From the NCBI GenBank assembly GCA_964016885.1, contig OZ024742.1:210056001-210120000 (forward strand): 64,000 nt of DNA, given 5' to 3'. The notes beneath the pieces were generated by a model. That model was given only the letters and a program-made list of their open reading frames with translations, made no database searches and was not told the DNA's origin. This DNA comes from Eledone cirrhosa. Taxonomy: Eukaryota. This document shows positions 40,981 to 53,584 of the stretch, piece after piece (positions within the stretch are counted from its first letter, which is position 1; the number at the start of each line of letters is the position of its first letter). The position numbers were made by a program, and so were the translations under genes.

Positions 40981-41482
40981 CCTTCCTCTCGCACTTCCAT
41001 TCTCTTACTCTCTATCTTTCTCTGGACGAAATCTGGAGAAAGATGGGCTCCACCAGGTTTTAAAATGCCGAAAGGCACCGTATTTCAATATGGCGCCCCT
41101 ACAACTCCCTTAGGACCATACATGCATACATTAGTTTGTGGGCTGCATTTGTTCTCAGTTGCCGGAATTATTGTTGCCAGTTACAGTCACACGTTGTTAT
41201 AAGTTCACAATGGAATTTAAAGCATTCCAACGGTTCTGGACAAAGAAGACTGTTACCATGCGCGAGCAGCACTACGGGTAGAAGGGAAAGGTTTTAAGGC
41301 GAAGTAGGGAAGATATGCAGTAATCTACATCTGTAAAATTCTAGAAAGAATAGCTCCAAATATTGGTACTGAAACCACCAAATTAATCTGTGCATACTAC
41401 CAAAAATTAGGCAATATTCTTATGGTGTTATGTTCTGCAATATTTTGGTTTACTTTTGTTTTGTTGTTTATAAATATATAAT

Positions 41483-41552
<70 letters not shown>

Positions 41553-41584
41553 AGATCAAAAGATGGTTAAAGGAGTTCCATATA

Positions 41585-41651
41585 TTTTATTATGCGCATT
41601 TCAAAAACAAACATCATCAAACAATAATATTTGTGTTTTCATCAGATAAAA
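41585..41651 (-). ncRNA. Type I hammerhead ribozyme (left arm)
   Basis: Reverse complement of 44744-44810. Confidence 0.85.
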
Positions 41652-42569
41652 CAGGAGAACATGATATGAAGGCTAAAAAACACTTGTGGATAGTGCAGTT
41701 TTAAATCAACATATGAAAAGTGGTTTTAGATTGATGTGTGATATTGGGAAAATATTTTATTTAGAGAGGGGGGGGGGAGAAAAGGATGAAAAGGGAAGGA
41801 GATGAGAGGGAGAGATGGGTGATAGAGAGAAAGAGATAGTTTTTATAACTGAGAGGAGATATATTTTATATAGAGGGGTTGAAAACCGTTGGAAGATACT
41901 GTATAAATTAAAAATTTTGAAAATTAACGAAGGGAGGATATGTGCGAGGAAAAAATATATTATTTAGGGAGGGGGGGTGGAAAGGATGAAAAAAAGGGGA
42001 GGAGATGAGAGTGAATGTGGAAAGGGAGAGATGGGTGATAGTTTGAAAGAGATAGTTTTTATAACTGAGAAAAAGATATAATGTTTTAATATAGAGAGGT
42101 TGGGAACCGTTGGAAGATAATGTATAAATTAAAGGAATTTGAAAATTAACGAAGGGAAATTATGTATGAAGATAGAGAGAAAAAAATAATAATTGTGGGT
42201 GAATATTCTAACGTCAAAAGAAGAAATGTAGGAATTTCAAAATTAGCAAAGAGAAAAAAGTTTATGTGTAGAAGGATTTGAGAAAAATAATGTGAAGTTA
42301 AAGTTTGTATATTGAATTCATATGTATTAATAATGAGTTCGTTGATGGGGAGAAAAAAATAATAATAAATTAAGGATGAAATTGAGATTAAAAAGATTTA
42401 TGATAGAGAGAAAAAATAATAATGATTGCGGATGAATTCTCAAAATGTCAAAAACAAATGTTATTGTTTTACGAGAAGATAGAATGAGGGTAATGAGTAA
42501 ACGAGTATTATAGAGTGTATAATGCCCTTTAAGGTAAGGTAAATGGGTATATTTTAAAGAATATATGAG

Positions 42570-42608
<39 letters not shown>

Positions 42609-44743
42609 ATAAATTAAGGATGAAATTGAGATTAAAAAGATTTATGATAGAGAGAAAAAATAATAATGATTGCGGATGAATATTCAAAATGTCAAAAACA
42701 AATGTTATTGTTTTACGAGAAGATAGAATGAGGGTAATGAGTAAACGAGTATTATAGAGTGTATAATGCCCTTTAAAGTAAGGTAGATGGGTATATTTTA
42801 AAGAGGTGTATGTATATGTGCCTTTGAGAAAAGATTCTAAATTGATAAAGAATTGAATATTAACTGTATACTTTGTGAAAAGTTCTATGGAATTTATGCA
42901 GGCAGATAGAAAACAAATCTGAGCGTCTATTTATTATGGATTCTAGGTTAGAGATAATGGTAAATTTTTCATTTAGGCAGAGATTACAGATTTTAGATAG
43001 AGAGCTGTTCAAGTATGAGGATGCAGAAGAAATCTTTTTCCAAAAGATGTTATATTTAATGTTTTTGTCTTTTAAGGACCATATGAGTTCTGAGAGAGCA
43101 GTGTTAGTTCTTTTAAGTTTGTATTTGAAATACAAACTTAAAAGAACTAACACTGCTAACACTAAACTTTTAAGTTTGTATTTCAAATACAAACTTAAAA
43201 GAACTAACACTGCTCTCTCAGAACTAACACTGCTAACACTAAACTTTTAAGTTTGTATTTCAAATACAAACTTAAAAGAACTAACACTGCTCTCTCAGAA
43301 CTCATATGGTCCTTAAAAGACAAAAACATTAAATATAACATCTTTTGGAAAAAGATTTCTTCTGCATCCTCATACTTGAACAGCTCTCTATCTAAAATCT
43401 GTAATCTCTGCCTAAATGAAAAATTTACCATTATCTCTAACCTAGAATCCATAATAAATAGACGCTCAGATTTGTTTTCTATCTGCCTGCATAAATTCCA
43501 TAGAACTTTTCACAAAGTATACAGTTAATATTCAATTCTTTATCAATTTAGAATCTTTTCTCAAAGGCACATATACATACACCTCTTTAAAATATACCCA
43601 TCTACCTTACTTTAAAGGGCATTATACACTCTATAATACTCGTTTACTCATTACCCTCATTCTATCTTCTCGTAAAACAATAACATTTGTTTTTGACATT
43701 TTGAATATTCATCCGCAATCATTATTATTTTTTCTCTCTATCATAAATCTTTTTAATCTCAATTTCATCCTTAATTTATTATTATATTTTTTTTTTTTTT
43801 TTTTTTTAATATATACTCATATATTCTTTAAAATATACCCATCTACCTTACCTTAAAGGGCATTATACACTCTATAATACTCGTTTACTCATTACCCTCA
43901 TTCTATCTTCTCGTAAAACAATAACATTTGTTTTTGACATTTTGAGAATTCATCCGCAATCATTATTATTTTTTCTCTCTATCATAAATCTTTTTAATCT
44001 CAATTTCATCCTTAATTTATTATTATTTTTTTCTCCCCATCAACGAACTCATTATTAATACATATGAATTCAATATACAAACTTTAACTTCACATTATTT
44101 TTCTCAAATCCTTCTACACATAAACTTTTTTCTCTTTGCTAATTTTGAAATTCCTACATTTCTTCTTTTGACGTTAGAATATTCACCCACAATTATTATT
44201 TTTTTCTCTCTATCTTCATACATAATTTCCCTTCGTTAATTTTCAAATTCCTTTAATTTATACATTATCTTCCAACGGTTCCCAACCTCTCTATATTAAA
44301 ACATTATATCTTTTTCTCAGTTATAAAAACTATCTCTTTCTCTCTATCACCCATCTCTCCCTTTCCACCTTCACTCTCATCTCCTCCCCTTTTTTTCATC
44401 CTTTCCAACCCCCCCCCCCCCTCCCTAAATAAAATATTTTTTCCTCGCACATATCCTCCCTTCGTTAATTTTCAAAATTTTTAATTTATACAGTATCTTC
44501 CAACGGTTTTCAACCCCTCTATATAAAATATATCTCCTCTCAGTTATAAAAACTATCTCTTTCTCTCTATCACCCATCTCTCCCTCTCATCTCCTTCCCT
44601 TTTCATCCTTTTCTCCCCCCCCCCCTCTCTAAATAAAATATTTTTCCCAATATCACACATCAATCTAAAACCACTTTTCATATGTTGATTTAAAACTGCA
44701 CTATCAACAAGTGTTTTTTTAGCCTTCATATCATGTTCTCCTG

Positions 44744-44810
44744 TTTTATCTGATGAAAACACAAATATTATTGTTTGATGATGTTTGTTTTTGAAATGCG
44801 CATAATAAAA
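44744..44810 (+). ncRNA. Type I hammerhead ribozyme (right arm)
   Basis: TTTTAT-CTGATGA-AAACACAAATATTATTG...TGATGATGTTTGTTTTT-GAAA-TGCGCA-TA-ATAAAA; palindromic stem III ATGCGCAT, AUA triplet. Confidence 0.85.
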
Positions 44811-44936
44811 TATATGGAACTCCTTTAACCATCTTTTGATCTTATATTATGCATATTCCAGTCCCACAAACTGTAGAGTGCTTCTTATCCGATATCTGCA
44901 TTGCTTTATTGTACTACAATAAAACTCACCTCCTAC

Positions 44937-45065
<129 letters not shown>

Positions 45066-45859
45066 TGTGTGTGTGTGTGTGTGTTTTTGTTTATATTTTT
45101 CAAAGAACCACACTTGTTTAATAGTCTTCCTCAAAATATACGAGATATCTCTGGACGGATATCAATACTTTTAACCAGCGCTAAACCATACATATTATGT
45201 TCAAAAGAGGGCACTCAATACATGTAGAGAATATATTATATTTAAGCAGAATTTTCTTTTTCTTGCTTGAGTTTCGTGCTACTGTGAGTTTCATACAAGA
45301 TTACAATGTACGAGATGATCATATGACTGACTGTGTACTGTTGCCTACAAGTCGACGGAGTAAAAATTATGCAGTTGGGTTCTTGAATCAAAAAGTAACG
45401 CCATCATTCAGAAATGGTGTCAAAAGTTCGACAATCAAAATATCATACATTCATTGTTGACGAAAGCAACTGTCTTTTAAGTATAGCCACAAGAAATGAT
45501 GAGGCCATTTTGAGGGGAATTGAAAATCGGATTCTTACAATACAGAATTGATTGCATAATCTAATCAATTTGATATTTTTGTAATGGTAATGGTCCATCT
45601 GTAATGCTATTTATGAAAACCCTTATGAGCCACTCAAATAAATTGTTTTTCATATAATACAAAAACATTGTTTCGAACATCAGGAAGATTTAGCAATAAT
45701 CAATGCTATTCCAACTGTACAATAAGTAAAAACAAATGATTCAAAGACGTCTATACAGCTATATCTGGATAATCAATTTGAAATAAGAAAGTTATACGCA
45801 AAGTTATGGGATATGAGACTTTATATTTCTATGTTCTTAATGTGTCATGTGTGTTATCA

Positions 45860-46200
45860 AAATATCTGGTTCTGCGGCCCGCAATGCAAAGGAAAGGAAG
45901 ACAAACAAATACCGGATATTGTTCGGCCGCTTCCTCTTCGCACCATTCGCTGTCAAGACCTCTGGTGTACTTGGACCCGGTACTGCCTCCGCAAGATCAG
46001 AATGTCAGCAGCCCGTCTGAGGAAGGAACCCCTAGAGGTGCGGTGGCTGTTGCAGCGGATGTCGCTGGCCATTGTCCATAGAAATGGTTTTACGAGCTTG
46101 TCCGCGGGGCGCAGCCCCAACACTGCCGCGCCCTAGGCCTAGACCCCATCACCCCCTCCCATTCTCCTGTGACCCTAGAGCCTTTGCCTTTCCCTTCCTT
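45860..46200 (+). mobile_element. CRE-like LINE 3' fragment
   Basis: GC-rich; RWLLQRMSLAIVHRNG resembles the QR(L/I)S.A..RGN C-terminus of CRE-type RLE domains. Confidence 0.55.
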
Positions 46201-46622
46201 TTCGCTTTTTAATTATTAATAAATGAGAGACAGGTTGTACTGGGATACATGTTACCAGTAGCACCAATTGGTGACCTGACATACATATATATATATATAT
46301 ACATACATATATACATACATACATACATGATGATGATGGCTGCCCCCTCGATATCGAGTATGGCCATTGCACGATATACCATTATTAATAATTCTAATTA
46401 ATTCTATCGTGCAATACCTGTGCGTGAAGATATTTTTTAAAGTGGGGAAAGACTGTGCACTGAGCCAATCCCACTCTCTGAGCGACAGTAGCTATAACCC
46501 GAAAAGAAGAAAAGATCAACATCATCGGTAACTACTGAGCGGCATGTATTACATCGGAGTTATCCCAGTTTCCTGAGTTGCCATCTCCTAGAAGAATGCC
46601 CTGACAAAGGTTAGGGGTCCTT

Positions 46623-46673
<51 letters not shown>

Positions 46674-46704
46674 TAAAATAACAGATTAAGTTTTAATATA
46701 GAAG

Positions 46705-46755
46705 AGCTTCTACAGGACTAGAACTGTTTCATTCGTGAGAAATCATCAGGAAGCT
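46705..46755 (-). ncRNA. Type I hammerhead ribozyme
   Basis: Minus strand: AGCTTC-CTGATGA-tTTC-tcac-GAAt-GAAACAG-ttctagtc-CTGTA-GAAGCT. Perfect stems I and III, GUA triplet. Confidence 0.88.
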
Positions 46756-46917
46756 GGCTGTCCAAGTAAGTGGTAGTATTTATATCTTTTCTGGTGGTAG
46801 GAGAGGGTGGGGACTGGGATGGGTGGAGGTCATTGGTTGAAGAATTTAAAGAAAGGGGAGTTCATTAAAAGCTAATTCTTTAAAGCTATAATATTAACAA
46901 ATTAAATAAGGAAGCTT

Positions 46918-47370
46918 GGCCACTTGAAAACAAATGCCTGACAAATGACATCGTATACAAATGTGATGTCATCTCAGGCACCGATGATAGCAACAACAAA
47001 AAGACTTACATCGGCATGACTTCCAATAATTTTAAGACCCGGTGGTATGCCCATACCCACTCTTTCAGAAGACCGGACAAATCAAATGAGACAACACTCG
47101 CCTCCTATATCTGGGACCTCAAAAGGAACTCCCACCCCCTTCGCGCTTAAATGGAAAATACTCCAGATAGCGCGCTCATACAAAGGAGGACACAAATGCT
47201 GCGACCTTTGTATCTCAGAGAGCTACGAAATATTATTTGCCAAGGGCCCGCTACTGAACAAACTCTCTGAACACTGCCCGAATTGCATGCACAAAAACTT
47301 TACAACTTTCAAATACCTTAAGCCAGTGTTAATGCCAGATGGCTACAAAAGATTTCCCTTTTTTTTTTAA
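46918..47370 (+). pseudogene. Penelope-like GIY-YIG endonuclease fragment
   Basis: PLENKCLTNDIVYKCDV...KTYIGMTSNNFKTRWYAHTHSF, then after a frameshift WKILQIARSY...CDLCISE...LNKLSE..CMH. The upstream HHR-bearing segment is inverted. Confidence 0.88.
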
Positions 47371-47405
47371 AACCCCACTCGACAAAATACCCTCTCCATA
47401 TATAT

Positions 47406-48193
47406 GTTGAACGCTTTCCATCCGGCCCTTACTCTCCGGGAGATCTCCCTCTCAATGTCTCGGCGCATGTTCACTTCTTGTCCCAGGTAGACGTATTCCT
47501 CCACCTCCTCTATTTCATCACCGCCAACCACAATTCGACCTGTTGGTACGTTGTCGGACCGCATGAACTTCGTTTTCATGCGGTTCGTCTTGAGGCCTAC
47601 TGCAGAGATTTTGATGTCGAGCTCCGTCAGCATGGTCTGAAGCTGATCCGTGGTTTCAGCGATGAGTACGAAATCAGGCGTTCAACGGCATAAGGGATGT
47701 GCTCAAGAGGAGGTTGGACAAGACCACCCGCGCCAACCTCTTCAATAGCACAGTTTTACCTGCAATGTTATATGGCAGTGAAACTTGGGCTACAACGAAG
47801 AGAGAAGAGCAGAGGCTGGTAACGGCTCAAAGAGCCATGGAGAGATCAATGATAGGAATCTCGTTGAGAGAGCACATCAGGAGCGAAGTTATCAGACAGA
47901 AGTCCGGCGTGAGGGACGTCATCACAGAATATAAGCGCAGCAAGTTCAGATGGGCTGGACACGTCGCCCGGTTCACCGATAATCGGCGGACCCGCGCAGT
48001 TGCCGAGTGGTACCCGCCCGAGCGGAAACGACTACTCGGAAGGCCTCCACGTAGGTGGAGTTACGATTTTAGGAATACAATTGGGACTACATGGATGAGG
48101 AAAGCACGAGCCAGAGAGGAATGGACGGCGTGCTGTGACCAACGGCACCGAATGGACGCCTGACAGACTGGTCGGTCAAGGTGATCAAGGTGA
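47406..48193 (+). mobile_element. 5'-truncated, 5'-inverted RTE-clade LINE
   Basis: Minus segment 47406-47677 (GLKTNRMKTKFM...YVYLGQ...AGWKAFN) continues in plus segment 47678-48193 (AFNGIRDVLK...MLYGSETW...RWAGHVAR). Tail is caaggtgat x2. Confidence 0.9.
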
Positions 48194-48194
48194 T

Positions 48195-48730
<536 letters not shown>

Positions 48731-48834
48731 CTAACATCTATATATACACAGAGTTATCACCTATATATACACATATATGGTTATTATATATACACACATA
48801 CAGAGTTAATACCTTTATGTATACCACACATATA

Positions 48835-50381
48835 CCGTGTTTCCCCCATTATAAGCCACCCCCGAAAATAAGCCGTAGCACGAAATTTCAGGATGGATTT
48901 AATATAAGCCATACCCCGAAAATAAGCCGTAGCAAAAATGAACGCCAAAAGAAAGAAATGGCCAGTTAGGAAAATTGACGCAATCAGCCATTATAGAACA
49001 GGATTGTATCTTAATATAAAAGTAACTGGTAAGCGGGTGTATAAGAAGTTTGTGGAATGCGCAGAAGTGAAAAAATCGATAATGAAATTAACGAAAGGAA
49101 AGGGGGAAGTGCATGCAATCAATATTGTTTATGCAAATGCGGGTACAAACCGGAAGTAATGGCTTATCAGTAACTTCAGGGGAGAAGATCATTTTCAGCC
49201 CTAGACAAGATGAAAGGAAGGAAGAGTTATACAGTCGAGTACAAGAAAGGAATTGTTCAAACTGGACGATACTGAGATTATTAAACGTGCACTCGCATTC
49301 AAGTCTTTTGTTGATGGAATAGACTTTTCTAACTAACGTCTCTCCAACATGATTGCTATGGATGAAACAGCAGTATTCATGGGTCATAGCTCTCAGTCTA
49401 CAATTGATTAAAGGGGTGCGTCGTCAATTTACATTCCATCCACTGGTTACGAAAGTGCACGGGTTGCGTGTATCTTGGCAATTCGTCTCGACGGAAGCAA
49501 AACCCCACCTCTTATCATCACTAAAGGCAAGAAAGATAAAATTGAACGCATTTCAGGTATCTGTGTTCTGGAAACTGAAAACGCGTGGTGCACACAGGCA
49601 GTTTTGAGGAAGTGGGTCGATTTCATGCTGCCATTGATTTTGCGTGGAACCCAAAGAGGTCTCATAGTCTGGGATTCAGCCAGCACGCACCGCGCCAAAA
49701 ATATGAAGAACTTTCTTGCAGAACGAAGAATCAATCAAATCATGATTCCCGCTGGAATGACCGCCTATCTCCAGACTCTTGACAAGGCACTGAATAAACC
49801 ATTCAAGGACCATCTGTGATGGAAATAAATGACTACATCGAAAACAAAATGGCGAGAAATGAGCGGGGAAATTTCGTGTTGCGCAGCCTTCAAGAGATCG
49901 TGACTTGGGTGGGAAATTCATGGAATAAAATCACAGATAGCTGTGTCATGAATGCACTACGAGCAGGCTATCTGGATAAGAACTCTCTATTCAATTCGAC
50001 CTCTATCACTCAACATGAAAGACTATAATTGAGTCACAAGAAAATTCCACAGGAATCATTGAATCCACTGATTTAGAAAACAATGACATTCCAGAACAGG
50101 ATGACATGATTATTTTTTAATAAATTAGTGGATTATTTCGTTCATGAGTTTTTGAATTAAAGGGTGTGTTAATTTTTAATAAATTTGATCTTTCAAATAA
50201 ACGTTGCGCGTAAATGCCGATTGCTTTTTCGTAATTTCCAATCATTTAGCGAATTTGTAATTTTCACTTTCATAGTGTCGTTTTTTCGGTATATGAGCCC
50301 CCTCCTCCGAAAATAAGCCGTAGTGGTACATTTCGGAGTAAAGATTAATATAAGCCATGGCTTATAAACGGGGGAACACGG
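48835..50381 (+). mobile_element. pogo/Tigger-like DNA transposon, transposase pseudogene
   Basis: TIRs ccgtgtttcccccattataagcc / ggcttataaacgggggaacacgg with TA flanks and subterminal ccgaaaataagccgtag repeats. Motifs AMDETAVF, LIVWDSASTH and IPAGMTAYLQTLD..LNKPFK. Confidence 0.92.
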
Positions 50382-50474
50382 TATATAGTTAACATAGGCA
50401 CACATTTTTTTTTTTTACTTTTTTTTTTTTGCAAATTACGTCCCTTACATTGGTTCGCTACTCTATACGTTTAC

Positions 50475-50506
<32 letters not shown>

Positions 50507-50533
50507 GTGTTTCTTTTATGTATATATATATAT

Positions 50534-50782
50534 ATAAGAAAATATATGACTCCGACGGCAGAGCTCAAGCCGTTTCGACGGCTATTTCTGGACTAAATTA
50601 GAATTTTCAGCGTGGTAATTTACCATGCTGAAAATTCTAATTTAGTCAAGAAATAGCCGTCGAAACGGCTTGAGCTCTGCCGTCGGAGTCATATATTTTC
50701 CTATTACCCACTCTACTACCCTAAGTATTGAGTACTCTGGTGCGTTATGGTCCATCTGGTTCCTTACCACAACTCCTTCGTT
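50534..50782 (+). repeat. Fold-back element with 3' half of a hammerhead
   Basis: Palindrome 50534-50705 centred near 50618; contains GAAAC-GGC-ttgagctct-GCC-GTC; tail shared with 28560-28645. Confidence 0.85.
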
Positions 50783-50838
50783 ATATATATATATGAGTAA
50801 GTATGTTTTGAAACAGTGAGCAGGTTTGAAATTAGAAA

Positions 50839-51121
50839 ATAGAATAGCTTTCACCGTATTTTTTACTAAAGGAATTTTAGCCTGATAATGGGGTTTAGAA
50901 CCCTCAGATAAAAGGAAAAAGATGAGTATTGATGTACATGGGAGTCGAACTCACATCTTTGGTTATCCAGACCACTGTGTTACCATTACACCAACTCTGG
51001 ATAACCAAAGATGTGGGTTCGACTCCCATGTGCATCAATACTCATCTTTTTCCATTTATCTGAGGGTTCTGAACCCCATTATCAGGCTAAAATTTCTTTA
51101 GTCAAAAATACGGTGAAAGCT

Positions 51122-51128
<7 letters not shown>
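50839..51128. mobile_element. Palindromic tRNA-headed short element
   Basis: Arms 50839-50971 and 50996-51128 are inverted. Minus strand 50995-50929 folds as a D arm (GTGT-aatggta-ACAC), an anticodon arm (TGGT-ctggata-ACCA) and a T loop TTCGACT. Confidence 0.8.
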
Positions 51129-51152
<24 letters not shown>

Positions 51153-51197
51153 TCCACTAACTCCCCCCTCTCTCCCTCTCGGGTCCCCCCGCCCCCT

Positions 51198-51231
51198 ACT
51201 CTCCTGATGAAAGGCTTATGCCCGAAACGTC
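51198..51231 (+). ncRNA. Minimal hammerhead core, stem I 3' strand lost
   Basis: CTGATGA-aa-GGC-ttat-GCC-c-GAAAC-GTC; tail aagcgtcaacctaata. Confidence 0.6.
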
Positions 51232-51314
51232 GCACCCACCCACCCCGCTCTCATTAAGCGTCAACCTAATACCATTTGTAACTTGTACTCCTGTGTTGTT
51301 GTTTTTTTACTTTC

Positions 51315-51391
<77 letters not shown>

Positions 51392-51564
51392 CGTAACTCC
51401 TGGGGGAATTGTATGGACATGGTATTGATTTACGGCGTTTCTAGGGCATTTTAAAACCTGGCGGGGCCCACCTCCACTCCAGATCTGTACACACCAGATT
51501 TCTTTCAGAGAAGGATAGAAAATGGGGGAAAGGAAATGAGAAATAGATATAGAGGAAGAATCCA

Positions 51565-51781
51565 CTCCAGTACTATGCAAGACATTTTTTTAATGCCACA
51601 ATCGTAAGAAAGGCAACGTAATAAATTTGTTTCCAAGGGAATTAATTCTGGCAGGGGAAATAACTGTGTATTTATAATTCTCCAGTACTATGCAAGACAT
51701 TTTTTTAATGCCACAATCATTGAGAAAGGCGCCGTAATAAATTTGTTTCCAAGGGAATTAATTCTGGCAGGGGAAATAACT
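51565..51781. repeat. ~115 bp tandem duplication
   Basis: ctccagtactatgcaagac...ggggaaataact occurs twice. Confidence 0.9.
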
Positions 51782-51807
51782 AATAAATGTTTATATTATT
51801 TTACTCT

Positions 51808-52290
51808 AGGGCGGTGGATTCGCAGTTCTCGGTAGAAATTCGGACACCATGCTTTGCAGCATAGAGTTACGGCCCTTTACGGTCTGAGTTAAAATCCCGC
51901 CGAGGTTAACTTTGCCTCGATAAACTTTGTGGGATCGATAAAATAAAGTACCAGTAATACACTGGAGTAAGTGATGCCTTGTATCAAATATAGAAACAAT
52001 TATTTTACTCTAAAAATAAAAGAATCATTATTAGAGGTTAACTTTGCCTTTCATCCTTACGGGGTCGATAAAATAAAGTTCCAGTAATACACTGGGTAAT
52101 TGCTGGCCTTGTGCCTAACGTAGAAACAATTATTAGTAGATTGGCAGAATGATTAGAGCGGCGAAGAAAATGCTTTGCCTTTCATCTTTCTCGAATTGAA
52201 AATAAAGTACCAGTCAAATACTGAGGTCTATATAATCGACTTACTCGCCCTCTAAAATTGCTGGCCTTGCGCCATAATTAGAAATAATTA
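51808..52290 (+). mobile_element. Cluster of three SINE family 1 copies/fragments
   Basis: Consensus matches. Confidence 0.85.
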
Positions 52291-53584
52291 TTTTACTCTG
52301 TCGTGCCTCATTTTCTCTTATTAAAAGGGTCGACAGATTTCATTTACAATGCATTCTTCCAATACGACACAAATGAAGCAGTCTGCAGCCAATGCTCCAA
52401 TGTTTCATTACATTTCAAATACTTCAAGCATTATTTGAATTACATAAAATTTGGAAATCTTTTTTCTACATTATCCAGTTGAAATAGCCTCAAACAAATT
52501 ACTGTGACTTTTTATAAATCCTTGATAAACGTAATTCTAATTTTAAGGGTAACTCTGACCTAATAATCTTAATTTAATTGTATGGTCTCGGGTCAGCCTT
52601 GGTTATACTATTAATTTATTGTGTATTTAATATGAAACGTTGCATTTGAAAAGAAAACAATAGAATTTGTCGTTTTACTGTACATTGTTTCTACATTGTT
52701 TTTACTGTACATTATTTCTACGTCGATATTATATTTTATGTAATGGAAAATTGGAAACTGTGATGCTGGTGCCTTTCTTAGGGTATGGGCATTGACCTGC
52801 TATAAATAGCAACTAAATTTCCATCAAATTTTACTCTATCATCTTAAGAAAAAGAAATTACACATTGGATAATATAGTTGTAAGAGAAACCAAAGAGCTA
52901 TCACAGTTAGGATGTCTTTGATCATAGATTTTTCCAATGACCGTTGAGCTGGTTCTAAGCAACGGACAGAGAAAGAGAGAGGGAGATTCCATACATACAT
53001 AAATCCAACTCAACGTTGTCTGTCATTTATATATCTGGAGATTGAGTGAAATTCGTTTAAATTCAGAATTCCTTTGTTTTACAATTTCAGTCCGTTAATT
53101 CATTTGATATTCACCTTCGATACGATCAGTTTGATGCTTCGGCAAGAAGAGAATTTCTTAACACTGCAGTTCTGAAGATAAAGCTTTCGGCGAAGTAGAC
53201 AAGGTGAGATTACTGAAGTAATAATATAAGTGATAAATCGATGATATATTCTGTCAGTGAGCACGTAAATTATGTTAGTAATTGAATGATTCCCTAGCAG
53301 AGAAGTTGCTTGATTTTAGATGTGATCTATGTTTTTTTAATGTTTAACAACTCTTCTGTCGCACATATATGAGATACTTCTTGTGTATCAAACTGTTGGT
53401 GTCTCGGGTTGTTGTTCGTATAATCGAGATCAGAGATCATGATCAGTTTCCAGAGCCAACCGCGAGTAGGTCGATAACTTTGGCCCATATATGAGCTCAT
53501 TTTATATTTGTCGGACCATAAGTGTCCAGGTTCAGTGAAGATGATGCCTGGTTATCAAAGTTTAAAAGTCATTTCACTTACATA

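Larger units (their letters stand above)
41545..44850. mobile_element. 3.3 kb palindromic 5'-truncated Penelope-like element
   Basis: Two ~1.6 kb near-identical inverted arms. Each encodes a GIY-YIG C-terminus (TALSELIWSLK...CNLCLNEK...NRRSDL...CLH) and ends in an HHR. Confidence 0.9.

Noticed and set aside
43100-43300. CRISPR-like repeat-spacer pattern
   Set aside because: The spacers are copies of adjacent sequence, the context is eukaryotic and there are no cas genes; explained by fold-back synthesis.
50929-50995. tRNA gene
   Set aside because: The 5' acceptor strand is missing and the GGA anticodon has no Ser variable arm; treated as a SINE-like head.
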